A model generated the notes under the pieces. It did not search any database, had not been told where the DNA came from, and saw only the letters and a program-made list of their open reading frames with translations. Source: an uncultured Bacteroidota bacterium (GTDB lineage Bacteria > Bacteroidota > Bacteroidia > AKYH767-A > OLB10). Taken from it: a stretch of 64,000 bases of DNA. A program made the translations under genes and the position numbers. This document shows positions 1 to 11,100 of this stretch, in pieces. Within the stretch, counting starts at the first letter, position 1; the number at the start of each line of letters is the position of its first letter. The stretch spans positions 11,518 through 75,517 of the forward strand of contig CAINEC010000174.1 in NCBI GenBank assembly GCA_903847585.1, in the 5' to 3' direction.

Positions 1-137
1 ATTTCAAGTTCTTTACCATGTGCTATGCAAGGTCCAAACAAATGTAATTCTGGAAATAAATTTACATTTGAATTATTCCCCAACATTCTACCCAACATGG
101 TAGTTCCCGATCTGCTGTTACCTACAATAAAAATCAT
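1..137 (-). CDS. Sulfotransferase, N-terminal fragment (gene runs off the left edge)
   Basis: Reverse-strand translation from the ATG at 137 gives MIFIVGNSRSGTTMLGRMLGNNSNVNLFPELHLFGP... GNSRSGTT is a PAPS 5'-phosphosulfate-binding loop. The ATG overlaps the stop of the upstream Wzy-like gene (ATGA at 134-137). It is absent from the ORF track because it has no stop in the window. Confidence 0.6.
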   Translation of the reverse strand, partial: MIFIVGNSRSGTTMLGRMLGNNSNVNLFPELHLFGPCIAHGKELE

Positions 138-1402
138 AATGTCTCTTCAATAGTATCTTTTCTATAACGGTAGTAATAAACAATTCCAAAGTATACAGCT
201 ACAACCCCAAAAAATTTCTGGTTAGAAGCGGCTGTGAAATAATCTGCAAATTGAAATAGCAGTACATAAATAGAGGACACAAGTAATGCATCATTTTTCT
301 CTTTTATTTTACGACTATATCTCCAAGTAATATAAAATGGAATGTAGAACACAAGGGTGCCTAATATTCCATACACGAATAAGTTTCCAAGAATTCCAAC
401 ATCAACAGGATAGAAATGTTTGTTTAAACTTCTAAAACCATCATTCCATTTTGTACTTAAAAATCCAACACCAAGTATAGGGTGTTTTATGAATCCATCT
501 AACGCAATTTTAGATTCCATAAAACGAATATTGGTAGAAGCTTCAGAAACCTTTTCTCCTGTTAATGTTTCTACTGCTGTGACATATAGTTTTATGTTTT
601 TTTCAACTAATCCCGGTGCTGCCAAAGACAAAGCACCGAAAATTAATACGCCACCCACACCTCCAATGATAAACGAACGAATAATTCGAGGGAATGAAAA
701 ATTTAAAAACACATAGGTTAAAATTGTTCCTGCGATGGCTATTAATTGAGTTCTATCCATTAAGTAGGCAAGAATGTAAAATGCACTTAGCATTAAAGAC
801 AATACCCATCCCTTTTCTTTAGCTACCCATATTTTGAATATGCTGTAAAGAAATAAACCATATATGCAGGAATCAGGAAATTCATATCGGAATCCTTTGT
901 TAGGACTTAGTGTTACAAATTCTGTATCTATGAAACGAGCTGGATTAACAAACATGTAAAATATCAAGAAAATAAAAAGCATGATATGTAATGAACCAAC
1001 AAAGTATTTTTCGAATTTTTCTTTTTTAAGCCATCCATCACCTAATGCAGTTGCAATGAAATGTGCACAAAGGACCATTGTTAATTGTCGTTGTGCTATT
1101 AGTCCAAATAATAGTGGTTGTCCAAAGACTCTACTCGCCTGTATCGCACTTATGAACGGCATAATTAAAAAAGGTAACATAATAAGCGTAATGTTTTTTA
1201 CCTTTCTTAATGAAATAGCTTTATACCACTCAAATAAGTAATGTGTTAGAAGTATAAATAAAAATGCTATTGATGTTACATCAACAAAAATTCTGTTCGG
1301 TACTCTACCGAATATAGAAAACGCACTTGCAAAAAATACAAACCAAAGAAGTTGATAGAAACTTCCTTTCACAAAATTGTTTACGTTGAATTGTATTTTC
1401 AC
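134..1402 (-). CDS. O-antigen polymerase/ligase-like (Wzy-type) polytopic membrane protein
   Basis: 422-aa ORF made almost entirely of hydrophobic helices plus one larger loop, as in O-antigen ligase/Wzy_C proteins. The GTG start at 1402 overlaps the stop of the upstream sulfotransferase. It sits inside a wzx/sulfotransferase operon. Confidence 0.6.
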   Translation of the reverse strand: MKIQFNVNNFVKGSFYQLLWFVFFASAFSIFGRVPNRIFVDVTSIAFLFILLTHYLFEWYKAISLRKVKNITLIMLPFLIMPFISAIQASRVFGQPLLFGLIAQRQLTMVLCAHFIATALGDGWLKKEKFEKYFVGSLHIMLFIFLIFYMFVNPARFIDTEFVTLSPNKGFRYEFPDSCIYGLFLYSIFKIWVAKEKGWVLSLMLSAFYILAYLMDRTQLIAIAGTILTYVFLNFSFPRIIRSFIIGGVGGVLIFGALSLAAPGLVEKNIKLYVTAVETLTGEKVSEASTNIRFMESKIALDGFIKHPILGVGFLSTKWNDGFRSLNKHFYPVDVGILGNLFVYGILGTLVFYIPFYITWRYSRKIKEKNDALLVSSIYVLLFQFADYFTAASNQKFFGVVAVYFGIVYYYRYRKDTIEETL

Positions 1403-2343
1403 GATTGTTTCCAGTTAGTAAGATTAATCGACAATAGTTTTTCTAATTTTTCGATGTCTGCTAAATAGAATTCATTTAACAGCTTACGGTATTCAGTCGG
1501 CAACTTATCATTGCTTTCTTTGGATAATATTTTTTTTAATTGCTTATGTATACCAAGCAACATCACTAATTTTCTAAGCTTCGTTTTAATTCCTCCTGAG
1601 GGCAATAAATAATCAACAATACTTTTTCTTGCTTCGTTCGCTTTTTTATTTTCGATAGGGATTGAATTAAGATTACTTGTGATACCAATAAAACTTAATA
1701 GCTTATTTATTATTTGCTGAGCATTTGATTTATAGTCGTCATAAAGACAAATGAATACTTGTTCTTTCGGAAATACATCTAAATATCGCTTTACTTGTTC
1801 ATAGTAAAATCCACCACTTAAGAATATAGGATCTTTTCCCCAAATAGGATTTGATATCAGATGATGTTTATCGAATTCACTTTTAAAATTAGCTGATACA
1901 AGTCCCATTCGTTTTTCCATATTGAAATGGCTCCAAGCTCTTTCAGCAGGGTTACGTAAGATAATGATGATTTTGGCTTGAGGATTATATTGATAAATAT
2001 TTTCTGCAGCTTTTAGCGAGTATAAATAACTTACACTTGCCTCTCCACATATTTGAGAATGTGCTGCCTTGCTAAATAGTTTTTTGTACAACGACTCCTG
2101 TCTGATAAATGCATTCCATAATTCACCTTGCATTCCATCATTAATCCATTGCGCAGCATTTTCCTTTTTTAATTTCTCTTGTAATCCTTTTCGTAATTCT
2201 TCAATCGCAACTTCATTATAAAAATAATTAGGTTCCTTTATTGGCGACATATAAATAGCCGCATGCGATGCAAGTGTTTGTTGCAAAGCAGTTGTGCCCG
2301 ATTTAGCAGCACCTACAATAAAGAAATCTGGTTTATTGTTCAT
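1399..2343 (-). CDS. Sulfotransferase (Sulfotransfer_1-like)
   Basis: 5'-PSB loop FFIVGAAKSGTT and 3'-PB motif RNPAERAWSHF. The ATG at 2343 (MNNKPDFF...) forms an ATGA overlap with the upstream stop. The ORF-track start at 2355 is a TTG extension. Confidence 0.85.
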   Translation of the reverse strand: MNNKPDFFIVGAAKSGTTALQQTLASHAAIYMSPIKEPNYFYNEVAIEELRKGLQEKLKKENAAQWINDGMQGELWNAFIRQESLYKKLFSKAAHSQICGEASVSYLYSLKAAENIYQYNPQAKIIIILRNPAERAWSHFNMEKRMGLVSANFKSEFDKHHLISNPIWGKDPIFLSGGFYYEQVKRYLDVFPKEQVFICLYDDYKSNAQQIINKLLSFIGITSNLNSIPIENKKANEARKSIVDYLLPSGGIKTKLRKLVMLLGIHKQLKKILSKESNDKLPTEYRKLLNEFYLADIEKLEKLLSINLTNWKQS

Positions 2344-3260
2344 CGTTGCAACCAATAAGGTAAATTGATATTAGGGAAGTTTTTAAGCATGGATGCTAAT
2401 CGCTCATTAGGACCATCATACATTTTTTTCAAGCGTGCAATAACTGCTTCGTCTCCTTTATTGGTTGCATCACTTTTCTTTTCATTCATGCCGTAGTAGA
2501 GTCCGCGGATAAAACGCTTTAGCTTGTAATGTTTTCTCCAGAACGTTTCTGTATGATGATTCACCCACAAAGCGAATTTATGTACAAAGGCAATTTTATA
2601 ATCAACCGTTCTGTTCTCAACGGTGAAGTCTTCTTTTTTATAAAATGAAAAATCAATGTTTAACCAATTGCAAATTTTCTTCATAACACCGGGGGTATCA
2701 TTCGATAATTCATCAAAGAATATAATCAGCAATCGATCTTTAAAATGCTCCATCCAAATAGGAAGAAAGGCAGCATAATCACCTTCTATAAGACCTTGCG
2801 TGATATGATCTGTTTCATTTGATTGACGAATTCCACTTTCGATAGAAGACGACATTTCAACAAATTGTTCTAATGTAGTATCCGCAGGAATTTCCAGTTT
2901 AGTTACACAATGACGGTAGAAAGAAATAAAACGATCAGTAGGTTCACGAAGAATAAAAATCATTTTCACATCATCGCCTAATCTTTCGTTGATGAAATTG
3001 ATTAAAGGTAAACCTCCATACAAGTAAGAAGGAGTTGTTTCTAAAACTAACTTCTCGTTATTGTAATGTTTGAAATGGGTTGCGTATACATCGTTGTTTG
3101 GCACTTCTTGGTTATAACGTGCTGGCAAAAGAAAAGCAAGTTCTTTAATTAACGAACCACAAACATCAGGATGCATCGATAAATACGTGTGTAATGATGT
3201 TGTACCTGCTTTATGTACGCCTCCAATAATTAAGTTGGGCAAATTATGTTTTCTTTCCAT
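2340..3260 (-). CDS. Sulfotransferase (divergent paralogue)
   Basis: PAPS loop LIIGGVHKAGTTSL and the downstream motif LREPTDRFISFY. ATG start at 3260. Confidence 0.8.
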   Translation of the reverse strand: MERKHNLPNLIIGGVHKAGTTSLHTYLSMHPDVCGSLIKELAFLLPARYNQEVPNNDVYATHFKHYNNEKLVLETTPSYLYGGLPLINFINERLGDDVKMIFILREPTDRFISFYRHCVTKLEIPADTTLEQFVEMSSSIESGIRQSNETDHITQGLIEGDYAAFLPIWMEHFKDRLLIIFFDELSNDTPGVMKKICNWLNIDFSFYKKEDFTVENRTVDYKIAFVHKFALWVNHHTETFWRKHYKLKRFIRGLYYGMNEKKSDATNKGDEAVIARLKKMYDGPNERLASMLKNFPNINLPYWLQR

Positions 3261-3263
3261 CTT

Positions 3264-4220
3264 TTATTTGAGCCAGTTACTTAAATCACGATTTATTAAT
3301 GCTTGTGTCTTTTCGATATCGTTTTTAAAAATGCTAATCAACCATTTCTTATCTTCTTCACTCATTTTCGGAATTTTCCCTTCTTTAAAGAATATTGGTT
3401 TTACTTTGGCTTGTATGCTATCGGGCAATGCTCTAAAGATTTTTCGTTTTAATCCCGTTTGTGTGATGAACTTTATTAGTCCTGCCCATTTAGGCATCTT
3501 CGCTTCATTTTGTTTATTTGAATAGTTGATAGAAGCATTGGCATCTACACCAATGAAATCAAATAACTTTTTTCCAACAACAGATGCATCCGACTTCAAA
3601 TCATCATTTAAAAAAATTAAAATTTGATTATTAGGAAACGCATCCATAAAACGTTTCACCTGCTCAAAGTACATTCCCATTTCAATATAATTATGAGAGA
3701 TGCACCACCCTTTATTTGTCTTTTTTAAATCAGCTTCTATTTCTTCACGAAAAGAAAGTGTGGTTCTGCCATCACGAACATTTGCGAGATAATGCGAGTA
3801 AGCTCTTGAAATGGGATTACGCAAAATCATGACAATGTTTGCCTGCGGATATTTTGCTTTTATTTCATTTGCTGATACTACTGAAAACAAATAGCCATTG
3901 CTGATTTCTCCAATTGCTTTTTGATTTGTAGCGTTCTTAAATAATTTTAAATAAGTTGCGAAGTCATCAACATACCATTCCCAGTATTTCTTCGACATAT
4001 CGCCAGCAACATATTCCTGAATGTTGATACCTCTTGAGAAAACATATTTTTTATACTCATCACTAAAGTTTTCAATTTGTATATCGCTGCAAAAGAAATG
4101 AGGTTCTTTAATTGGCGACATATAAACATCAGGATGCTGCTCTAAAAAATCATAGAGTGTAGTAGTTCCGCATTTGGCAGCACCGATTACAAAGAAATTA
4201 GGTTCTTTATTTTGTAGCAT
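3264..4220 (-). CDS. Sulfotransferase (Sulfotransfer_1-like)
   Basis: FFVIGAAKCGTTTL plus LRNPISRAYSHY. It is clearly paralogous to the 1399-2343 product over its full length. Confidence 0.85.
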   Translation of the reverse strand: MLQNKEPNFFVIGAAKCGTTTLYDFLEQHPDVYMSPIKEPHFFCSDIQIENFSDEYKKYVFSRGINIQEYVAGDMSKKYWEWYVDDFATYLKLFKNATNQKAIGEISNGYLFSVVSANEIKAKYPQANIVMILRNPISRAYSHYLANVRDGRTTLSFREEIEADLKKTNKGWCISHNYIEMGMYFEQVKRFMDAFPNNQILIFLNDDLKSDASVVGKKLFDFIGVDANASINYSNKQNEAKMPKWAGLIKFITQTGLKRKIFRALPDSIQAKVKPIFFKEGKIPKMSEEDKKWLISIFKNDIEKTQALINRDLSNWLK

Positions 4221-5565
4221 TTTTATTTCTGAACATTTTTAATTTTTCAATTCCTGGTAAGTAGATAGAAAGGATACCAAGATTTTTTTTCGCGTAAGCA
4301 ACGGATAATAAATTCTGAATAATTTTTGCCGATGAGGAGGAGATAGCAGCTCCTACTAATCCAATCTTAGGAACTAAGATCAAATTTAAAATAATACTAC
4401 CTATAGCCGTCGACGTTATAATCTTGTTGTATTGTTTCTGATGTCCCGACATTTGCAATAAAATACCAATTGACCCAGTTATGCTGTTTACGAAGTTTCC
4501 AATCGATAATAAAATCAAGGCAATCCATGCACCTTTAAAGTCTTCTCCTAAAAATCCTAGAATAGTTTCTGGAAAAAAGCATAGCACGAGTGTTAATGGT
4601 AACGAAGTAAAAAATAATAGTCGGTTTGATTTGATAATTATGTTTTGCAATCTCCCCATTTCTTTTTTGTGATATAAATCGGAGAATACAGGAGCTTGAA
4701 TGGCATTGATAGCAAGTAATACAATGGCCGATAGCGTTGATAGTTTAAATGCCACATCATAAAGTCCAACTTCTTCAGAAGGACGAAATATACCAAGTAT
4801 GATATTATCTGTCCAACCCATAATAAAAAACATCGAGCCTGTTAACATCATTGGCATTGATTCGCTCAGCATTTGATTCCAGTTAAGCGTAGGCTGATAA
4901 ATACCTTCTTTCATTTTACTGAATCGCCACCACGTTATAACGCTAATCAAGCAAGTGCCTAATGTTGCAAATGTGTAGGCATGCACAACACCCCAGTTCG
5001 ATTTCATGTAAAAAAGTACGAGGAGTAAAATAGCCGACAACAATGGTTGTATCGCTTTAAAGATCATAAAGCCAGTCATGTTTTTAAATCCGCGGTAACC
5101 AGCGCTGTTTAATCCAATTAGAACAAACGGAACAAAAGCCATACAGGTCTGCTGAAGTTCATCGGTAAGTTCTGGCTTGCTGAAAACTGTCCCTGCTATA
5201 AATGGTGCTGCAAAGAATGTTGCTATGGCCCAAATAGACGAGGCGGTTAGTGTTAATTGCAGCGATTGCAAATAAGTTGTTTTGATAATGGATGCATCCG
5301 CTTGATCTCGGTGTGCTGCAATAATTCTGGTTAAACGGTTATCAAGGCCCATCTGTGAGAAGATAGCGAATAGCTGAAGGACTGTGAAGCAGAGGGTAAA
5401 TGTACCTTGTTCTTTTGGACCGTATAAGCGAGCTACAATGAAAATGAATAAATACTGCGATATCATCCCCCCTAACCGAACGGCAAGTGCTAAAAAGCTC
5501 TTTTTCAGAACAAAGGAAGAATCTTTATCGCCTTTATGAAAAAACGAAGTCAGTCTTTTTATCAT
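4207..5565 (-). CDS. wzx: Polysaccharide/O-antigen flippase (Wzx, MOP superfamily)
   Basis: 452 aa with about 12 or more TM helices. The N-terminal pattern (LALAVRLGGMISQYLFIFIVARLYGPKEQG) is typical of the polysaccharide biosynthesis protein family. It is the first gene of the minus-strand operon. Confidence 0.8.
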   Translation of the reverse strand: MIKRLTSFFHKGDKDSSFVLKKSFLALAVRLGGMISQYLFIFIVARLYGPKEQGTFTLCFTVLQLFAIFSQMGLDNRLTRIIAAHRDQADASIIKTTYLQSLQLTLTASSIWAIATFFAAPFIAGTVFSKPELTDELQQTCMAFVPFVLIGLNSAGYRGFKNMTGFMIFKAIQPLLSAILLLVLFYMKSNWGVVHAYTFATLGTCLISVITWWRFSKMKEGIYQPTLNWNQMLSESMPMMLTGSMFFIMGWTDNIILGIFRPSEEVGLYDVAFKLSTLSAIVLLAINAIQAPVFSDLYHKKEMGRLQNIIIKSNRLLFFTSLPLTLVLCFFPETILGFLGEDFKGAWIALILLSIGNFVNSITGSIGILLQMSGHQKQYNKIITSTAIGSIILNLILVPKIGLVGAAISSSSAKIIQNLLSVAYAKKNLGILSIYLPGIEKLKMFRNKNATK

Positions 5566-5817
5566 TGATAACTCATAAACTGGTGGTGTAACGGTTTAGC
5601 GAAGCTAATGAATAATGCCTCGTCAAATAGCGGTTAATTAGAAGGGTAGTTCACAATAAAATGTTAACATTATCAGAGCAAGATAGAGGAATGCCACAAG
5701 TATTATAAAACCGATATTAAGTTATTATTCAGCTTGATTAGTTTACATAAACTTAATATTGCCTTAAATTAAAAATTGATTTAGACCTCGACTTTTGCAC
5801 CATCAATTCATTCTGTT

Positions 5818-6897
5818 ATGCGAATTATTATTCTGTTGATTTTAATGTTAGTTGGAAAATGTTCTATTGCTCAAAATGGACTAGAGGGAATAATCATTGA
5901 GAAGTACTATATTTCTGATGACGCAGATGCAAAAATCACGGATGGTGGCTATTTGAAGCCTGGCTCTGTGACTTATAGAATCTATGTTGATATGAAGCAG
6001 AAGTATAGTTTACAGGCTGTTTATGGAATTGGTGGCCATCCACTTAAGATAGCTACCACTACTTATTTTTTTAATAATACTATGAATGGAGGTGTTGTTG
6101 CCAATGATGTACCGAGATTTAGATTAGAAGAGCATACTACTATGCTTGATTCTTGGATATCAGTTGGTGCTGGATCAGAGGCAGATTATGGAATTCTGAA
6201 AACGAAAGATTCATATAATTCATTTACCAATAAGAATGGCATTTTAAAAAATAACAATCCAGAAGCGGGAATTCCGTTGACAAAATACGATGGATTACAA
6301 GCTGCAACTCCGCAACGGGTAGTTTCCTTTTATGGTATTGATAAAGCCGACTTAGAAATTTTTAATAATACAACCGATACAACTGCTAAAGGGCAGGTCT
6401 TTATGACTGAGAATGGTTCATGGGCTTCATTTGGAGGAGCCTATGGAACAGATTCTAATAATATAGTTTTGATTGCTCAGTTAACAACAGACGGGCAGCT
6501 ATCATTTGAATTAAATCTGCAGTTAGGAACCCCATTTGGAAGTACCGAAAATTATTACGCTAAGAATCCTCAGGGTTCTGAATTACAACTTCCTGATTTG
6601 ACTTATCCAGCGGTAAAAAATAGCGCTCCTGAAATAAAGTGGGTGGTAATTCCTAAGAATAAAAAAATAAAAAAATACGACCAACAAAAATTACAGTTTG
6701 TTGCGAGTGATAGTGACAATAACATCCGCAAGGTAGATTTATTTGTGAACGATCTTAAAATCACGGAATTGTTTGTTGCTCCATTTACGTTCAACTGGAA
6801 TCCACAAATGGACGGGAATGCTAAAGTTACCGCTGTGGTTTATGATTTTGCAGGAGCAAAAAGTAAAGCAGAGGAAATAACGTTTATCGTGCAATAA
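5818..6897 (+). CDS. Secreted protein, paralogue 1 of an unassigned N-terminal domain family, with a C-terminal Ig-like domain and no T9SS CTD
   Basis: Signal peptide MRIIILLILMLVGKCSIAQ. Shares the blocks EKYYISD, GSVTYRIYVDM, DSWISVGA, GILKTKD, NPEAGIPLT, NGSWASFGG and LIAQLTTDGQLSFELNLQLGTP with the products starting at 7056, 11277 and 15255. The C-terminus (ASDSDNNIRKVDLFVND...VTAVVYDFAGAKS) resembles the Ig repeats of the 15255 protein. Confidence 0.75.
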   Translation: MRIIILLILMLVGKCSIAQNGLEGIIIEKYYISDDADAKITDGGYLKPGSVTYRIYVDMKQKYSLQAVYGIGGHPLKIATTTYFFNNTMNGGVVANDVPRFRLEEHTTMLDSWISVGAGSEADYGILKTKDSYNSFTNKNGILKNNNPEAGIPLTKYDGLQAATPQRVVSFYGIDKADLEIFNNTTDTTAKGQVFMTENGSWASFGGAYGTDSNNIVLIAQLTTDGQLSFELNLQLGTPFGSTENYYAKNPQGSELQLPDLTYPAVKNSAPEIKWVVIPKNKKIKKYDQQKLQFVASDSDNNIRKVDLFVNDLKITELFVAPFTFNWNPQMDGNAKVTAVVYDFAGAKSKAEEITFIVQ

Positions 6898-7055
6898 TTA
6901 GCAACATTCCAATATTAATAAATTGTAAAGAATGATTGTTAACTTTTTGTAGCACTTAACCCAAACATAATATTTTGTTTCGTTTTTCATCATGTAAGGT
7001 TTGGAATTTTGGGGCTTGAAAACTTATACCTAACAAACCACTAAAAACAACCAAC

Positions 7056-8141
7056 ATGAAAAGAATTTACCTAATTGCATTATTGCTTATTACGGGCTTT
7101 GTTTCTAAAGCTCAAAACGGATTAGAAAATGTAGTAGTAGAAACCTATTATATTTCTGATGCCAACGATACTAATGCTAATCTTGATGGTGGAATTCTGC
7201 CAGTAGGTTCAGTGACTTACAGAATTTATGCAGATATGTTGCCAGGCTACAAGTTTCAGGCTGCTTATGGTGTACCAGGACATGATTTGAAAATTGCAAC
7301 AACTACTTTATTCTGGAATAATGAAGATCGTGGTTCAACATCTCCTACTTTTTCAAAAACAAATGCAGCAAGAAATACAGTTATGATCGATTCATGGTTA
7401 TCTGTTGGTGCTGCTTGCAATGGAAACTTCGGAATTATGAAATCAATGGATGATGGTTTAAATAATGCAGTAAATAACTATTCTCCACAAGTTTTACAAA
7501 ATAACGACCCTGCAATGGGAATTCCATTAACAGTTCAGGATGGATTTTTTGCAGGATTACCTGAGTCTGTAACTACAGTTGGAATTAGTACTGAAGTTGC
7601 TGTTTTTGATAACCTGAATGATGGGACTAATGGTCCATTATTTTTTACGAATAATGGTTCTTGGGCTTCTTTAAATGGTTCAACTGGTCCTGATCCAATA
7701 GATAATAAAGTATTAATCGCACAAATCACTACAAATGGTACTTTATCATTCGAATTAAACATTCAGATTGGTACTCCGACAGGTGGCGTAGAAAATTTTG
7801 TTGCTTCAAATCCTGTGGGAAGTGAAATTTCTATTCCTTCACTTACGTACACATCTCCAAGCATTGGTATTTACACTCCTTCATCAAAAAATGTTTCTTT
7901 CTCTGCTTTCCCTAATCCTGTAGAAAACAGTTTATTTATTAATACTGCAAATATTAAATCAGAAGAAGTTGTTTATTCTATTTATGACTTAACAGGAAAG
8001 ATGGTTGCTACTGGTTTGTTTGCTGTTAATGCTCAAAAGAATATTCAGCAAATTGAAGTAGACAAATTAAATACAGGACTTTACTTTATTGAGTTATCAG
8101 TAAACGGAACAAGTTCAACGCAAAAATTCATTAAAAAATAA
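7056..8141 (+). CDS. Secreted protein, paralogue 2 of the unassigned domain family, with a T9SS C-terminal sorting domain
   Basis: Signal peptide followed by QNGLENVVVETYYISD, GSVTYRIYADMLPGYKFQA, DSWLSVGA, NGSWASLNGSTGP and LIAQITTNGTLSFELNIQIGTPTGGVENF. The C-terminus FSAFPNPVENSLFIN...GLYFIELSVNG...QKFIKK is a typical Por/T9SS CTD. Confidence 0.8.
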   Translation: MKRIYLIALLLITGFVSKAQNGLENVVVETYYISDANDTNANLDGGILPVGSVTYRIYADMLPGYKFQAAYGVPGHDLKIATTTLFWNNEDRGSTSPTFSKTNAARNTVMIDSWLSVGAACNGNFGIMKSMDDGLNNAVNNYSPQVLQNNDPAMGIPLTVQDGFFAGLPESVTTVGISTEVAVFDNLNDGTNGPLFFTNNGSWASLNGSTGPDPIDNKVLIAQITTNGTLSFELNIQIGTPTGGVENFVASNPVGSEISIPSLTYTSPSIGIYTPSSKNVSFSAFPNPVENSLFINTANIKSEEVVYSIYDLTGKMVATGLFAVNAQKNIQQIEVDKLNTGLYFIELSVNGTSSTQKFIKK

Positions 8142-8161
8142 AAGCCCTTACGACTTCTAAT

Positions 8162-11100
8162 ATGAAGAAGCCAATACTACTACTAGTAATCTTAATTTCT
8201 TGTGTTGTTAGTTCATTCGGGCAAGGAACAGTTCGCGGAAAAATAATTGACACCAATGGTGAAACGCTCATAGGCGTAACCGTTATGTTAAAAAATAATC
8301 GTTCAGTAGGTACAAGTTCAGATTTCGATGGAAATTATTCCCTGACCTTTAAAGATGCAGGCCCTCAAGTTTTAGTGTTTACATATGTAAGTTATAAAAC
8401 ACAAGAAATTACTGTTAATCCGGAAGGAAAAGTAGTAGTGAAAGATATCATCATGGAATCGTCAGCACAGGAGTTAAAAGGTGTTGAAGTTTCTGCGAAA
8501 GCAACAAAAGCAAGAGAGTATTTTTCTGAAATGGTGAAGAAAAATGCTGCTGTTTCGATGGATTATATTTCTTCTGAAACAATGAAGAAAACAGGAGACG
8601 CAAATGTTGTTGCTGCTGTTTCTCGTGTGTCTGGTGTTTCTACGAATGGTGGTTTTATTACTGTTAGAGGTATTGGCGATAGATATGTGAAAACATCGGT
8701 AAATGGTTCTATGATTCCAACATTAGATCCGTTTACTAATAATATCAAATTAGATTTATTTCCTGCTAGTTTAATTGACAACGTTTTTATTACTAAAACG
8801 GCAAGCCCTGATTTACCTGGTGATTGGGCAGGAGCATTTTTATCGGTAGAAACGAAAGACTATCCTGATAATCTTGCTATTAATGTAGAAACTAGTTTCG
8901 GTTATAATAATCAATCTTCATTTAAAAATGTTGTTTCTTCTGACAGAAGTTCAACGGATTGGTTAGGATACGATGATGGATTTAGAAGTTATGATCACGC
9001 GTCGTTTGCTTTTGCAAATACAGAGCCTACTTTATTGCAAACATTTTCTGCTTTAGGATTAGGAGATTACTTTAGTTCTTTAGGTGTAACTTCAATTGAT
9101 CCTACTGAAGATATTTTTAATACTTATTATAAATTAGGATTAGTACAATTAGGTTTGTTGGCACCAGCATTATTTGATGATCCAACTGCCTTTAATCAAG
9201 CTAAAGATTTATTTAATGCTGGAGGGTACAAGTCTGATGCATTTAACTCAATTAATGCTAATGCACCGGCTTCTGCAAAGAGGTTCGCAAATAACTGGAA
9301 TACTACTACATGGAATGCTCCTTTAAACTTTTCTCAAAGTTTTAGTATTGGTAATCAGGTTAATTTATTTGGAAGACCTTTAGGTTTTATTGCAGGATTT
9401 AAATACGGATCAAGTGTAGTATATGATCCACAATCAGAAGTAGTACGTTGGGTATATGATGAATTAGAAGGTCAGAAAAGAACGGAAAATATTTCACAGC
9501 AGGCTAGTCGTGAAACAAATGGTTGGAGTGCACTTTTTAACGTGGCTTATAAATTAAATCCTAATAACAGTGTTTCCTTTTTATTCATGCCAAATTTAAC
9601 AGGTGTAAATAATGTGCGTAATTCTTTTGATAACTCTGAACCGCAACTTACTCGTATTACAAAGAGTCAGTTTTTTGAGCAGAGAAGTCAATTGGTTTAT
9701 CAATATAAATCGGAACATTATATACCAAAGTATAAATTAAAAATTGAAGCAAATGCTTCCTATACCAATGGTAACAGCCAGATTCCGGATTTCAAAAATA
9801 TACGTTACATCGAAAATATTGATGGCACATTTCAAATTGAAGGAACAACAGGATCAATTGCTCGTTTTTATCGTTATTTGAATGATGATTTTTTTGATTC
9901 AAGAATTTCTTTTGAATTACCTATTTCAAAAGATACCACTGGATTATCACGCAAATTGAAATTTGGTGGCGCATATCAACGAAACAATAAGGAGTATGAC
10001 CAGTATCAATACGATGTAAGAACAGAAAGAAGTACGTTTTCTGGTGACTTAAATTCATTCTTGGATAACTCATATTTTGATATTCAGACTATTGGTGGTG
10101 TTTCATCTTTCTCTACCTATTACAATAGTTCAGAGTATAGCAACTTTGGCCCTGTTAATCATACTTTTGGAAATACGTCAATATTCGCTGGGTATGTAAT
10201 GTCGGATTATGCCATTAATAAGAAATTACGTGTGTCAGGTGGGGTAAGATTAGAAAAGGCAGATTTTTATACGGATGTGGTCTTGTTCGATTCGTTGAAT
10301 TATGCACCAGATGATGATAGACGAGTTTATGATAACAGCTTGCCGATTGCAAATCCTGGAGAGTTAAACGAGTTGAGTGTTTTACCAAGTATTAACGTAG
10401 TTTATAAGCTTAAAGAAAAAGAAGGAGCGCCTACTAATATTCGTTTGAATTATAGTAGCTCTGTTGCTCGTCCAAGCATTCGTGAGTTATCCGACATCGC
10501 AGTTTTTGATTACGAATATCGTTTAGCCGTAATAGGTAATTCAGATTTGAAAATGGTGAATATTAATAACTATGATATCCGCTATGAAAAATATTATCCT
10601 TCAGGAAATGATTTTTCTGCAAGTATGTTTTTCAAGACATTTAAAAATCACATCGAATTAGTTAACTCAAATTTCATTACTTGGCAAAATGTAGATTATT
10701 CTACTGTTGTAGGTGCAGAGTTTGAAGGCAAAAGAAAACTAACTAAGAAATTAGAAGGCCGTACCAATATTACTTTTGTTAAATCAGCAACAGAGGTTGT
10801 ACAAAGTACTATTTACGTAAATAATGGAATTAAGAATTTTGTGCCAATTGATACGGTTAAGCGTTCTATGTTCGGACAAGCACCTTATATCTTTAATGCT
10901 ATTTTGACATATAATGAAGATAGCCTTGGTTTAAGTGTATCATTATCGTATAATGTTCAGGGGCCACGATTGGTATTATCAGTAGGGCAGACAGATGTTC
11001 CAGATATTTTTGAGTTGCCTAGAAATACTATTGATTTAAAAGTGTCTAAAAAATTGGGTAAACACTTTACCGTTAGTTTAACAGGACGCGATTTATTAAA

